From Pseudomonadota bacterium (lineage in GTDB: Bacteria > Pseudomonadota > Alphaproteobacteria > Kiloniellales > JAKSDN01), in contig JBCCGG010000014.1 in the NCBI GenBank assembly GCA_039029395.1, positions 48,622-112,621 on the forward strand: 64,000 bases of DNA, given 5' to 3'. How positions within the stretch are numbered: the stretch's first letter is position 1; every line of letters begins with the position of its first letter. Made by a program: the position numbers and the translations under genes. The notes beneath the pieces are model-generated. The model saw only the letters and a program-made list of their open reading frames with translations. It was not told the DNA's origin and searched no databases. Shown here one piece after another: positions 46,173 to 56,559 of the stretch.

Positions 46173-48031
46173 CGCTGCGCCAAGACCGCCTGAATGGAGT
46201 CGATGGCGCCGAAGGCCGCTTTCAGCATCTCGCGCTGGGTGGCGCCGAGCTTGTCTAGCGAGATCCAGTTGGTTGGCGCCACGCCGGTGCTGGCATCATG
46301 GAGATGCTGGCCCAGGCGAATGTCGTTGAGGTGACGGTAGGCCTCCAAGGCGTCTTGCAAGGGCGCCTCCAGCTTCGGCTCTACCTGGCGCAAGTGCTCC
46401 AGCCGGTCGAAGGTGTTGCTGGAGTCCAGATAGCGGTGTCGAAGCGCCAGGATCCGGGCGAAATCGGTGATCGGCTGAAGGCCCCGCCGCTTGATGTCGA
46501 TCGCCCGGCCGCTCTCGGTCTTGACCGCGCGGATGCGGCCGAACAGGCCGTCGACCGGCGAACGGTTCCGAATTACGCCCTGGGCCAGGTGCCGCAGGAA
46601 ACGGGGATGGTTCAGCAAGGCCTCCACCAGGGCCCGCTTGACCGGCTCGGCCAGGAAACAGGCGCCGTGCACGGCCCTGAGATCGCAGGCGGCGGCGACC
46701 TGCATGACGTGATGGCCGGTCGTCCCCGACAGCCAGTCGTCAAACTGCCGCGGCCAGCGCTCCAGACTATGGCGCCATAGGGGATTGCCGGCCATCATGC
46801 CACCCTGGCAGAGGCGCAAGCCCACTTGGTCCAAATCCTGGTTGACCCGCGCCGCCCAGGTGGCCACCCACCTTTCCACCTCGGATAGGGTGATTTCCGG
46901 CGCTTGGTAGACGAGGGCGTTGTCTTGATCGGTCTTGAGGCTCATTTCGCCCCGGCCTTCGCTGCCAAGGGAAAGCCAGGCCCAGGAGAAGTCGCCATCG
47001 GGCCGCCCCTCGGCCAACGCGGCCTGGCTCAGGGCGATGACCCGGCCGGTCAGCTGGTCGTTGACCAATGTGTTGATGGTGATCAGGTCCTGGGCGCGCA
47101 CGCCGCGCCGATAGAGCTGCAGCAGATGCCGGTCGGCTTCGCGGCGCAGCTCCGCAAGCTGCGCCAGTGCGGTCGCGCGGCCGATCTGTTCCAGTAGCAG
47201 CATGGGGCTGTAGCCGTGGGACCGGGCGATGTCTTTGTGCCGGACCACGCCGAGCAGCGGGCCGTCCGGCCGGGCGCGAACCAGCAGGTGGGAAAGGCCC
47301 TTGGTCGCCATCTCGATCAACCCTTCGAAGAGAGAGTTACGGGCGGTCAGGAGTCCGATTTCGCGGCTCATCACCGACTCGACCGGCGACTCCGGCGGCG
47401 CGCCGGCGGCGAGGATCTTGCCGCGCAGGTCCCGGTCGGTCAGCAAGCCGAGAACCTCACCCTCGGCCATCACCACCAGATGATCGGTGCTGTGTCGGCA
47501 CATCAGCTCGGCCGCGTCCCGCACCGAGAGCTCGGGCCCGCAGCAGGGCGCCGGCCGGTGGATCAGGTCGCTCAGGCGCGTGCCGAAGAGAAACTGGGCG
47601 CCGGAGAGATCGTAAAGAGTGACGTGATGGCGGGTGTAGGCCCGGATGTCGCTTTCGAAAAAGGCCAGCACCCGGGGGTGCTTGTCGCAGAGCCCGTGGA
47701 AGACCTCGGCAGGAATGAGCCCAAGGGTGACCTCGCCGAGCGCCTCGGCCCGATATGGCAAGGGTCCGCCGCGCAGGAGGCCATAGTTGCCGAACATCTT
47801 GCCGACGCCGAAGGTTCGGGTCGTGCCGCCGGGCCCCGCTTCGATCAGGCGCAGCTGGCCGGCCATCACCAAATAGAGGTGGTCGTGGCTCTCGTGGCCC
47901 TGCTCGAGAATCACCGCGCCGTCGGGATAGCTCGCCAAAACGATCTCGCGCGCCAAGGCACCCCGCTCGGACTTGGAGAAGCCCGAGAAGGGTGCCGTGC
48001 GCGCGAGCTGCCCGAGGAGCTCGTGGTCCAC
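46166..48031 (-). CDS. cNMP-binding + CBS + DUF294 nucleotidyltransferase protein
   Basis: N-terminal cNMP-like domain, CBS pair (GLLTDRDLR), LGSEGRGE...TDQDNAL, DIKRRG..PI. Confidence 0.87.
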   Translation of the reverse strand: MDHELLGQLARTAPFSGFSKSERGALAREIVLASYPDGAVILEQGHESHDHLYLVMAGQLRLIEAGPGGTTRTFGVGKMFGNYGLLRGGPLPYRAEALGEVTLGLIPAEVFHGLCDKHPRVLAFFESDIRAYTRHHVTLYDLSGAQFLFGTRLSDLIHRPAPCCGPELSVRDAAELMCRHSTDHLVVMAEGEVLGLLTDRDLRGKILAAGAPPESPVESVMSREIGLLTARNSLFEGLIEMATKGLSHLLVRARPDGPLLGVVRHKDIARSHGYSPMLLLEQIGRATALAQLAELRREADRHLLQLYRRGVRAQDLITINTLVNDQLTGRVIALSQAALAEGRPDGDFSWAWLSLGSEGRGEMSLKTDQDNALVYQAPEITLSEVERWVATWAARVNQDLDQVGLRLCQGGMMAGNPLWRHSLERWPRQFDDWLSGTTGHHVMQVAAACDLRAVHGACFLAEPVKRALVEALLNHPRFLRHLAQGVIRNRSPVDGLFGRIRAVKTESGRAIDIKRRGLQPITDFARILALRHRYLDSSNTFDRLEHLRQVEPKLEAPLQDALEAYRHLNDIRLGQHLHDASTGVAPTNWISLDKLGATQREMLKAAFGAIDSIQAVLAQRY

Positions 48032-48034
48032 CTG

Positions 48035-48154
48035 CTAGACTACTTTTTTGCCTTCGCGTCTGGCTTGGCGCAGGTCTCGGATGAAGCTGTAGACGATGAT
48101 CACCAGGACGACGGCCGCGATGATCGGCCACATGAGAATGTAAAGTGTTAGCAT
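48035..48154 (-). CDS. Putative transporter small subunit (39 aa)
   Basis: Manual translation MLTLYILMWPIIAAVVLVIIVYSFIRDLRQARREGKKVV; GGGAG RBS; between the SSS and DUF294 genes. Confidence 0.8.
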   Translation of the reverse strand: MLTLYILMWPIIAAVVLVIIVYSFIRDLRQARREGKKVV

Positions 48155-48177
48155 TTGCTTTCTCCCGCTTGGGATTT

Positions 48178-49863
48178 TCAGTTGGTGGCCTTGACGGTGT
48201 TGGGTGACGCTTCGGGCGCGTCCCCTTCGCCGCCTTCCTGGAAGGAGGTCACCCGCTGGCCGATCAGCGCGAAGTCGAACTCCTGCTTGGCCGCAAGGCT
48301 GACGCCGACGCAGATGATCGTGCTGGCGCCGTAGGCGGTCAGGGAGCCCAACAAGACTGTGTAGTCGTGCAGGAAGTTGAGGAAATAGAAAGAGCAGACC
48401 ACGGCGCCGATCGCGCCGACCACAAGCCCGGCGATGCGGCCGAAGAACCCGAAGGTCATCAGACCGACCACCACGCCGCCGCCGACACCGGCGATGATCT
48501 CAAAGATCGCGCCGATTGGGCCATCCAAGGGAACCACCTCAAAGCGCACTAGGCAGAATAAGCCGAGGCCGCCGATCACCGCCCAGATGAAGGCCGCGTT
48601 GGTCACTCGGTTCCAGTAGCAGCTGGCGATGACGGGAAACACGATGGCCCCCCAGAGCGCGCCGACGAAGACCAGCATGACCAGGATGTTGAAGGAGAAG
48701 CTGGCCAAGATCAGTCCCATCGCCGTGGCGACGATCATAGTGATGCGGCCCAGGAGCAGCATCTTCTTGGTGTTGGGCCGGCCCTTGGCAATATTGCGGC
48801 CGTAGATGTCGGTCATCATGATCGCCGAGAGGGCCGAGAGATCGGAATCCGCGGTCGACGACAGGGAGCCGATCACCAGGATGAAGAACAGTGCGATGGC
48901 GAAGGGCGGCAGATAGCTGGAGGCCATCTGGGGAATGATGTTGTTGAGATCCCCCTCGTGGGGCGCCATGCCGATCAAGAGCGCCATGAGGCCGAGCATG
49001 CCGAGACCGATGACGATCGAGCCGTAGCCGATGGTGGCCGTGATGAAGGTCGGCTTGATCAGATCCTGACGCACGGCGAAGAGCCGCTGGGCGATCGTCT
49101 GGTTGCCGATCGCATAGGCTAGGACGGCGACGAAGAAGGGCGCGCCCTGCTCTAAGATCGCCTTGGTGGAGAAGAAGTCCGCTTGCTCCGCGGTGACCCG
49201 GGACAGGCCCTCGCGCAGAACGTCGGTGCCGCCCAGGCTGAAGAACACCCAGGGGATGATGATCACCGCGACCGCCATCATGGCGACCACCTGGGCGAAG
49301 TCGGTCAGGATCGAGGCGCGGAAGCCGGACCACAGGGTGTAGGACAGAACGCCGACGCCGGCAATCAAGACGCCGGTCTGGAACGACAAAGGCGAGAGCA
49401 CCGAAACCAGGGCGCCGGCCGCCGTAAAGTTGACCATCAGGCTGATCACGCTGCCCAGGAGGTTGGAGACCGCGAGGATCAGCTGGCTACCGCTGCCATG
49501 TCGCGCCTGCATAATCTCGGCGAGCGTGTGGGCATGGGGCGCCAGCTTGCGGAAGCGCAAGCCGTAGGGATAGATGAAGAGGATCATCAAGGCGCCCCAA
49601 AAGCCGTAGTGCATGGGCCCTGAGAGGCCGTAGTTGTAGCCCGATATGGCGGCGCCGTAGAAGGACGCGGCCCAGATCCAGGTCGCCGTCATGCTCGCCG
49701 CGGAGATGCCGAAGCCGACCTCGCCGCTGGAGACCATGTAGCCGTCGACGTTCTCGTTCTTTTGGTTGACGTAAGTCGACATAAAGAAGGTGAGGCCATA
49801 GAACAGCAGCAATAAAAGAAGGACGATGGGCGTCGAGAACTGGAAAAACACCGGTTCAGCCAT
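48178..49863 (-). CDS. Sodium:solute symporter (SSS) family protein
   Basis: SMTATWIWAAS, AHTLAE, SGFRASILTD, SLSSTADSDL; many TM helices. Confidence 0.9.
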   Translation of the reverse strand: MAEPVFFQFSTPIVLLLLLLFYGLTFFMSTYVNQKNENVDGYMVSSGEVGFGISAASMTATWIWAASFYGAAISGYNYGLSGPMHYGFWGALMILFIYPYGLRFRKLAPHAHTLAEIMQARHGSGSQLILAVSNLLGSVISLMVNFTAAGALVSVLSPLSFQTGVLIAGVGVLSYTLWSGFRASILTDFAQVVAMMAVAVIIIPWVFFSLGGTDVLREGLSRVTAEQADFFSTKAILEQGAPFFVAVLAYAIGNQTIAQRLFAVRQDLIKPTFITATIGYGSIVIGLGMLGLMALLIGMAPHEGDLNNIIPQMASSYLPPFAIALFFILVIGSLSSTADSDLSALSAIMMTDIYGRNIAKGRPNTKKMLLLGRITMIVATAMGLILASFSFNILVMLVFVGALWGAIVFPVIASCYWNRVTNAAFIWAVIGGLGLFCLVRFEVVPLDGPIGAIFEIIAGVGGGVVVGLMTFGFFGRIAGLVVGAIGAVVCSFYFLNFLHDYTVLLGSLTAYGASTIICVGVSLAAKQEFDFALIGQRVTSFQEGGEGDAPEASPNTVKATN

Positions 49864-50022
49864 GGATCTGCTCCAATCCTGTTCTTCGGATGAAAGTGTC
49901 GAACGTCGACGCGGTGATGGGGATCCTGGTTGCCGAGATCTCGAATCGTCCTACGGTCACCCTGTGTCTCCGATCAGCCGCCCCATTTTTGGCTAGCGAT
50001 TACACGCTTCTTGATTCTTCAA

Positions 50023-50094
50023 GCATAAACTATATTTGTGAATACGTGAGCTCAATAAAGGAATACTATGCCAAATACATAAGGAATAGTTATG
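50023..50094. promoter_or_regulatory. LysR-type T-N11-A boxes in the divergent promoter
   Basis: CATAA-GGAATAG-TTATG (50078-50094), with related copies near 50023 and 50054. Confidence 0.6.
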
Positions 50095-51030
50095 CGTAGA
50101 ATCCGACAACTGCTCCCTCCCTTGACCGCGCTGCCGGCCTTCGAGGCCTCCGCCCGGCTGCGCAGCTTCACCCAGGCGGCGGCCGAGCTCTACGTCACCC
50201 AAGCCGCGGTCAGCCGGCAAATTCGGGTGCTAGAGGAAAACCTGGGCGTGCGCCTCTTCGAGCGCAGCCATCGCCGGATCACCCTGACCGAGGAAGGCCA
50301 GCGCTTTCAGCACGTGGTCGCGGTCGCGCTCGATCTGGTGGCCAACTCGGCAAGCGAGCTGCGCGGCGAGGTAACCAGCGCGGATCTGACGATCGCCGCC
50401 GATCTCTCCATGGCACACCTTTGGTTGCTGCCGCGTCTGCCGCTGTTCCGCGATGCCTTTCCCGACATCGTGGTCTCGATCCTGGCCTCGGAGCGGGAAG
50501 CCGATTGCCTCAAGGAAGGCATCGACCTGGCGCTGCTTTACGGCGACGGCAACTGGCCCGGGTTCGACGCGCGGCTTCTGGTGCGCGAGGAGATCTTCCC
50601 GGTCTGCAGCCCGAGCTACCTGACCGACCGTCCTGCCATCGAGGGTCCCGAGGACCTAGCCGATCAGGTGCTGCTCGACCTGCGCGGCGAACGCTGGGAC
50701 TGGGTCGACTGGCGCCAGTGGCTGACCGCGAAGGACGTTGCGCTGCCCGAGGACGCGCGCACCCTAGCGTTCAACAACCTGCCGCTTTTGATTCAGGCCG
50801 CCTGCCGAGGCCAGGGCATCGGTCTGGGTTGGCGTTGTCTGGTCGACGACCTGTTGGATGAGGGCACCCTGGTGCAGCCATTCGACCTCTCTTTGCGCAC
50901 CGACCGGGGGTACTACGTGCTCAAGCGCGCGAACATCAGGCTCTCGCCGGAAAGCCAGGTTCTCTACGACTGGGTGATCCGCATGAGCGAGCGCGACAGC
51001 CAGGGCGCCGTCACAGCCGCTCGAGAATAA
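50092..51030 (+). CDS. LysR family regulator (GcvA-like)
   Basis: LPPLTALPAFEASARLRSFTQAAAELYVTQAAVSRQI. Confidence 0.92.
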   Translation: MRRIRQLLPPLTALPAFEASARLRSFTQAAAELYVTQAAVSRQIRVLEENLGVRLFERSHRRITLTEEGQRFQHVVAVALDLVANSASELRGEVTSADLTIAADLSMAHLWLLPRLPLFRDAFPDIVVSILASEREADCLKEGIDLALLYGDGNWPGFDARLLVREEIFPVCSPSYLTDRPAIEGPEDLADQVLLDLRGERWDWVDWRQWLTAKDVALPEDARTLAFNNLPLLIQAACRGQGIGLGWRCLVDDLLDEGTLVQPFDLSLRTDRGYYVLKRANIRLSPESQVLYDWVIRMSERDSQGAVTAARE

Positions 51031-51601
51031 GGTCCAGACGGGACACCGCGCCTTCGGCCCGACCGGTGGGATCATAGAGCAAGGTATGCCAGCCCAAAGC
51101 GGATGCGGCCGCGAGGCTCTTGGGCCGGTCGTCGACAAAGAGAACATCGCCGGTCGCGCACCCGGCGGCCCGTTCCAAGGCTTTGTAGATGGCCGCGTCC
51201 GGCTTGCGAACGCCGACCTGGTCCGAGATGACGAAGCCATCGAAGTAGGCCTCGATGGCAAAGGCGCGCCGCAGCTTGCGCGACCAATCGGAAAGATCGT
51301 TGGAGAGGCACCAGATGGCCTCGGCCCGCTCCCGCGCCGCAGGCAGAAAATCGCTCAAGCCGTCCGACAGGGCGTGGCCCGCCAGGTAGTCGTCCTCAAG
51401 TGCCGGCGCGAGGCCGACCCGGCGCCAGAATTGAGCGGCCTTGAGCCGGCCCAGGCTGGCCTCGTGGTAAGCCCCTTCGACCTCATCCCGCTTGCCCTCG
51501 TTGCGTTCCACGAAGGGCACCAGCAGCTCGGCCACGTCGTCGCCGGCCCGGTAGATCACGCCCATGGCGTCCAGCACCAGGACCCGTGGCCGGCCGGTCA
51601 T
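51011..51601 (-). CDS. HAD family hydrolase
   Basis: LDAMGV motif I, LSND, RKPD, FVDD. Confidence 0.85.
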   Translation of the reverse strand: MTGRPRVLVLDAMGVIYRAGDDVAELLVPFVERNEGKRDEVEGAYHEASLGRLKAAQFWRRVGLAPALEDDYLAGHALSDGLSDFLPAARERAEAIWCLSNDLSDWSRKLRRAFAIEAYFDGFVISDQVGVRKPDAAIYKALERAAGCATGDVLFVDDRPKSLAAASALGWHTLLYDPTGRAEGAVSRLDLILERL

Positions 51602-51604
51602 GGT

Positions 51605-52687
51605 CTAGCCCTGTAGCCCCTTGACCGCGGCGCGCGTGGTCTCGACCGCGCGTTCCCAAATCATCTCCTTCCAATCCGGCGCGTCCTGATAGAAGGCATC
51701 GCGGATCTGGCCTTTGATGGCCTGGCCTTTCTTGGAGCCGACCTCACCGTGGACGTGCAGCCAGTTGTCGGCGCGCAGCGCCAGGCGCACCTCAGGCGAG
51801 GGAATCGTGCCGTACTCCAGGGCAACCGCGGTGAGCTCCGCGTTGGGAAGCTCGGCCTCCATGCCGATCACGTTGGGCCCGCAAATCTCCACCGAGCTGG
51901 AGGTCCCCAGGGCTGGCGAGGTCACGTCGCCGTCGAACCACTCCTGGGCGCGCTGGTGCCCGGGCGAATTGGCCGCATGCACGCAGATCCGCTCGCCATA
52001 GCCGCGCGGCCCGAGCCCGGTGTGGAAGTCTATGACCGCAACCTTGCGGGTCCGGGCAAGCTCCTCGGCGAAGATCCGGCGCAAGACCCGGTGCGACCAG
52101 GTCGGGCCCCGGCCGCCATAGAAAATCCCCTCGTCATGGCTGTACTGCCCGGCCGAGATGGCCTGGCGCAGGGCGTCCTGGCCGTGGCGTTCGACGTAGT
52201 CATCGAACGTCTTCTGGGTCTGGGCGATCACGGAGTCGTCCCAGCTTTCCGGGCAAATCGCGTCTTTGAGGGCCTCGTAACCGGGATTTTCCGGATAGGC
52301 GGCGCCGTGGTCAACAAAGTTGCGGTTGAGATCCACGTTGTCCTCGGTGACCCGGCGCAGCCAGGCGAAGCCGTGGGGGTTGATGGCGTGAATGTGCAGT
52401 TGGGCAGTGCCCGCCGGCAGCTCTCCGGCCAGGCCGCTTTCCAGCCAGGCGACCTGGCAACCGTTGCCGCAGAAACCCTCGACCCCGTGGGTACCCGAGA
52501 TGGTCACCAGCACCCGCTCGGCATCCTGCGGGCCGAGCCAGGCGAGATCGCAGCTCAGGCTCTCCCCCTCCGGGCCCTCCAGCGGGCTCTCGAAGCGGGT
52601 TTGCCGGGCGCCGGCCGTTTTGGCCGCCTCGGTAAAACGGCGGCGCGCCGCCGAATAGTCCTGTGCGAAGTAAGACTCTGCTGCCAC
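51605..52687 (-). CDS. DUF2817 / M14-like metallopeptidase
   Basis: SGTHGVEG, NPHGF, NVDLNRNF, DFHTGLG, LEYGT; GTG start after GGAGAG. Confidence 0.85.
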   Translation of the reverse strand: MAAESYFAQDYSAARRRFTEAAKTAGARQTRFESPLEGPEGESLSCDLAWLGPQDAERVLVTISGTHGVEGFCGNGCQVAWLESGLAGELPAGTAQLHIHAINPHGFAWLRRVTEDNVDLNRNFVDHGAAYPENPGYEALKDAICPESWDDSVIAQTQKTFDDYVERHGQDALRQAISAGQYSHDEGIFYGGRGPTWSHRVLRRIFAEELARTRKVAVIDFHTGLGPRGYGERICVHAANSPGHQRAQEWFDGDVTSPALGTSSSVEICGPNVIGMEAELPNAELTAVALEYGTIPSPEVRLALRADNWLHVHGEVGSKKGQAIKGQIRDAFYQDAPDWKEMIWERAVETTRAAVKGLQG

Positions 52688-52764
52688 GGGCCTCTCTCCC
52701 AGATCATCCCATTGTGAAGGGCCTGCCCTTGGGTTGGGACGGCCTTTGGGGCATAATAGGGCCC

Positions 52765-53319
52765 ATGAAACTCCTGCGCGCAAGCCTTCTGCTGCTGTTC
52801 GCCAGCCTCCTTGGGCTACCGGCCGCGGCCGACCAGACCGACCAGCGCCTGCCCGGCCTGTTCGACGAGCTGCTCGCCGCCAAGAACCCGCAAGACGCCC
52901 GTCAGCTGGAGGGCCTGATCTGGCAGATCTGGTACGAGCATGACGACAATGCGATTCGGCTGCTGATGCGCGACGGCCGGGGCGCCATGAGCCGGCGCGA
53001 CTTCACCTCGGCCGAGCGGTCCTTCAATCAGGTGGTCAAGATCGCGCCGCGCTATGCCGAAGGCTGGAACGCCCGGGCCACGCTCTACTACCTGATGGGC
53101 CGCTACGAGGACTCGTTGGGCGACATCCTGGTCACCCTGGACCTGGAGCCGCGCCATTTCGGCGCCCTGTCGGGCCGCGGCCTGATCTATGCCGAGCTCG
53201 AGGAGTGGGACAAGGCGCTTGAGGCCTTCGAGGCGGCGCTCGCCGTCAACCCCCACATGGCCGGCGCCCGGCATAATGCCGAGGCCCTGCGCAAGAGCCT
53301 GCAGGACAAGGAAATCTAA
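52765..53319 (+). CDS. Secreted TPR protein
   Basis: Signal peptide; P.YAEGWNARAT, LEPRHFGALSG. Confidence 0.87.
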   Translation: MKLLRASLLLLFASLLGLPAAADQTDQRLPGLFDELLAAKNPQDARQLEGLIWQIWYEHDDNAIRLLMRDGRGAMSRRDFTSAERSFNQVVKIAPRYAEGWNARATLYYLMGRYEDSLGDILVTLDLEPRHFGALSGRGLIYAELEEWDKALEAFEAALAVNPHMAGARHNAEALRKSLQDKEI

Positions 53320-53426
53320 GCCTCTCGTCCGATCCCGCGCATGGCCGCCATGCGCCGGCCGGGCTAGGGGATCACCCCTTGGTGGTGTAGGCTCTCTCAT
53401 CGATCCTTCGATCAAGGGACCGAGCC

Positions 53427-54635
53427 ATGGCATCGACCTCCGCCTGGCGCGCGCCGGGCGTGATTCTCTTTTCGGCCGCGATCATCCTGGCCCTCAACAT
53501 GGGGGTGCGCCAGACCTTCGGCCTGTTCATGGACCCGGTCACCACCGCGTTCGATATGTCGCGCTCCAACTTCGCGCTCTCTGTCGCCGTGCAGAACCTC
53601 CTGTGGGGCCTTCTGACGCCTTTCTTCGGCGCCATAGCAGACCGCTACGGCACCGGCCGGGTGCTGGTCGTCGGCGCACTGATCTACGCGCTTGGCCTGG
53701 TCACCATGGCCCTGGGCGAGAGCGCCGGCACTTTTTATCTTGGCTCGGGCCTGATGATCGGCATCGCGGTCAGCGCCTGCGGCTTTCCCATGGTGTTGGC
53801 GGCGGTCGCGCGCTACAGCCCACCGGAAAAGCGCGCTTTGGCGCTCGGGCTATCCTCGGCCGGCGGCTCGGCGGGGCAGTTCGTGCTGCTGCCGGGCAGC
53901 CAGATCATGATCCAGGAGATCGGCTGGACCACGACCCTGCTGGTGCTGGCCGCCGCCTGCCTTTTGATCATTCCGCTGGCCCGGGCGCTCAAGGGCAAGC
54001 CCGAGACGCCCAAAGCCGGCGGTCTGTCGATCGGCGAGGCGCTCGCCGAGGCCGGGCGCCACCGGGGCTATCTGCTCGCCAACGTGGGCTTTTTCGTCTG
54101 CGGCTTTCACGTCGCCTTCATCGCGACGCACCTGCCGGCCTATATCGTCAGCTGCAACCTCTCGCCCTTCGTCGGCGCCACCGCGCTGGGCGTGGTCGGC
54201 TTTTTCAACATCATCGGCGGGGTCATGGCCGGCGTGCTGGGCCAACGCTTTCAGCGCAAGAATCTGCTGACCCTGATCTACCTGGCGCGCGCCATCGTGA
54301 TCGCCGCCTTCCTGTTGGGGCCCAAGACCGAGATCGCGGTCTGGCTCTTCTCGGGCGCCTTTGGGCTGCTGTGGCTCTCCACCGTGCCGCTCACCAGCGG
54401 CCTGGTGGGCATCCTCTTCGGCCCGCGCTACATGGCGACCTTCGTCGGCATCGTCATGCTGAGCCACCAAGTGGGCGCCTTCTTCGGCGCCTGGCTGGGC
54501 GGCCTCAGCTGGGATATGACCAACTCCTACGATTCGGTCTGGATCATCTCGGTGCTGCTGGGCCTCCTGGCCGCCGCCTGCAACTGGCCGATCAAGGAAG
54601 AGCCGGCGCCGATGGCGGCCGAAGGGGCGGCGTGA
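53427..54635 (+). CDS. MFS transporter
   Basis: GVRQTFGLF, QNLLWG, ADRYG, GFFVCGFHV, WLSTVPLTSG, HQVG. Confidence 0.9.
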   Translation: MASTSAWRAPGVILFSAAIILALNMGVRQTFGLFMDPVTTAFDMSRSNFALSVAVQNLLWGLLTPFFGAIADRYGTGRVLVVGALIYALGLVTMALGESAGTFYLGSGLMIGIAVSACGFPMVLAAVARYSPPEKRALALGLSSAGGSAGQFVLLPGSQIMIQEIGWTTTLLVLAAACLLIIPLARALKGKPETPKAGGLSIGEALAEAGRHRGYLLANVGFFVCGFHVAFIATHLPAYIVSCNLSPFVGATALGVVGFFNIIGGVMAGVLGQRFQRKNLLTLIYLARAIVIAAFLLGPKTEIAVWLFSGAFGLLWLSTVPLTSGLVGILFGPRYMATFVGIVMLSHQVGAFFGAWLGGLSWDMTNSYDSVWIISVLLGLLAAACNWPIKEEPAPMAAEGAA

Positions 54636-54926
54636 GGGCGGGCTGTAGGCCGGCAGCGGGAAAGTCAATCTTTCAGTTTGCTTCTTCCATCACCAGAACC
54701 AGGGTTCCTGGTCCCACAATAGCAATGAGCTGCTATCAAAGTATGTGCTAACGCCCCCTATCAATCGGTCGAAATCAACCCGAACCGACCTTGCAGCTCA
54801 GGCGATGTGAGCAGCCGCTATGCAACCGCGTCTTTCACGAGACTCAAGTCCACCGAGGATCGATCCGCCTTAAAAGTCGCCAATCAGAAGTGAAGCGATT
54901 GAGGTTTCATTTCATGACTCACAAGC

Positions 54927-56438
54927 TCAAACTCCTTGCAACTTAAGCCGTTCCACAGCCTCATAAAAAACGCCGAGCGTTGTTTCTGAGACCATTCCCA
55001 TCGTTTTTGGATAACTCGCAAAACTGAAACTTGGGTACTTCGAAATGAGCGCGTTGTAGGTTCTTCGAGCCTCTTCACGCTTGCCTTGGAGACTTTGCGA
55101 GAGGCACCTGATGACATAAGTAGATTCGAAATCTGGCCCAGAACTCGTCAGAGATTCCGCTTCTTCTGCGTTTCCGGAAAAAAGCAGGTTCCGCCCTTTC
55201 GCAAAGATTTGGAAATCCAGCTTCTTAGGACAGAGGTTGTCCGCGACATCAATCAGTTTTTGGGCTAGCTCGTACTCGCCGACGATAAGCGTCAATGCAG
55301 ATGCACAAGTCAGCGCCGCGTGCGATTCATTTTCTGAAAGATCAGCTGCCCGGATGGCTACGTTGTTTGCTTCAGCAAGCCTACCGGTTGATGCGAAAGC
55401 CCGCGCACAGTAAGACAATATCATGGGATCTCGATCATCAAGTCGAAGCGCACATTCCGTCGAAGAAACCATCTCATTCAACCACTCGTCTTGACTCCGC
55501 TCATTCGAGATGGATTCCCCCTTGTCACAGAAGAACGCTCGAACGAGGTGATTTCGGGCAAAGTCAGGATCAAGCCCAATCGCCGCATCGATATGCGCCA
55601 ATCCTCTTCGCATGCTCTTGTTATCAAAGCATTCTTCCAGACGGCTTGCGACCACATAATTCTCATAGGCGTCCAATGCGGACGGTGGTCGACGCCCTGC
55701 ATACCGTTGCTCGGCCCGAAGAATTGCTCCTCCAGTGCCGCCGAGCTCGTTTGCCACGGCTAGCGCAATTCCTCCGGAGAGTTCTGGCAAGGATGAGATC
55801 GCCCGATCATACTGATCTGCCCAAACATAAAGACCGCTCCTGCCATCCACTAGTCGGAAGTTCGCCCGCAAACGATCGGTCCAGGCCGAGAGACTGCTTT
55901 CCACGACGTAGTCACATCCAAGCGCGCCAGCGATCTCAGCTATGGGAATTGACTTGTCTGCGTCAAATGAGGCAGCTCGGGCGATCACGGCAATATCGCT
56001 AAACCGCGCAAGATCGGTGACTAGTTCATCCGCCATCCCATCTGCAAAGCGCTGCCAGCGTTCACCACCTTCTAAGCACTCCGGACGAAGGACAGCGACA
56101 CGCGCACGCTGAGTCACCCCTGGCTCGATGGCCTTCCTCCGTACGAGATCGACACCACCCAAAAGGCGGAACCCCTTCCCCCTAATGGTCTCGATATAGA
56201 TTGGATTGGCAGCCGAATCCCCAAGGGCTTGGCGCAGATCAGAAATGTATTCCCTGACAAGGTCCGGAGTTACATGGATGTCTCTCCATACCGTCCTCAA
56301 GATTTCATCCCGGCTTACAACCTCTCCTTGGCGTGCGACGAGCACCGTCAAAACCGACGTGGCCTTCCTCGTCAAGCGAGCGATTTCGTTGCCTGAGGAG
56401 AGGCTGTTTGCTGAGGGATCGAAAGACCAAATCTGCAT
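54927..56438 (-). CDS. wHTH + TolB-like + TPR transcriptional regulator
   Basis: GEVVSRDEIL..VW..LRQALGD..IETIRGKGFR; ADGMADELVTDLARF; LDAYENY; TPR-like tail. Confidence 0.85.
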   Translation of the reverse strand: MQIWSFDPSANSLSSGNEIARLTRKATSVLTVLVARQGEVVSRDEILRTVWRDIHVTPDLVREYISDLRQALGDSAANPIYIETIRGKGFRLLGGVDLVRRKAIEPGVTQRARVAVLRPECLEGGERWQRFADGMADELVTDLARFSDIAVIARAASFDADKSIPIAEIAGALGCDYVVESSLSAWTDRLRANFRLVDGRSGLYVWADQYDRAISSLPELSGGIALAVANELGGTGGAILRAEQRYAGRRPPSALDAYENYVVASRLEECFDNKSMRRGLAHIDAAIGLDPDFARNHLVRAFFCDKGESISNERSQDEWLNEMVSSTECALRLDDRDPMILSYCARAFASTGRLAEANNVAIRAADLSENESHAALTCASALTLIVGEYELAQKLIDVADNLCPKKLDFQIFAKGRNLLFSGNAEEAESLTSSGPDFESTYVIRCLSQSLQGKREEARRTYNALISKYPSFSFASYPKTMGMVSETTLGVFYEAVERLKLQGV

Positions 56439-56559
56439 TGTGACAACTCAGCCGACAAAGAATTTTCCAGATCTACGAAATAATTCTTTCACGATAATGC
56501 GCATGGACCTCGAGCACAATAGCAAGAGATGTTTTGACTAGAGCAACAAATCGCAAGTT

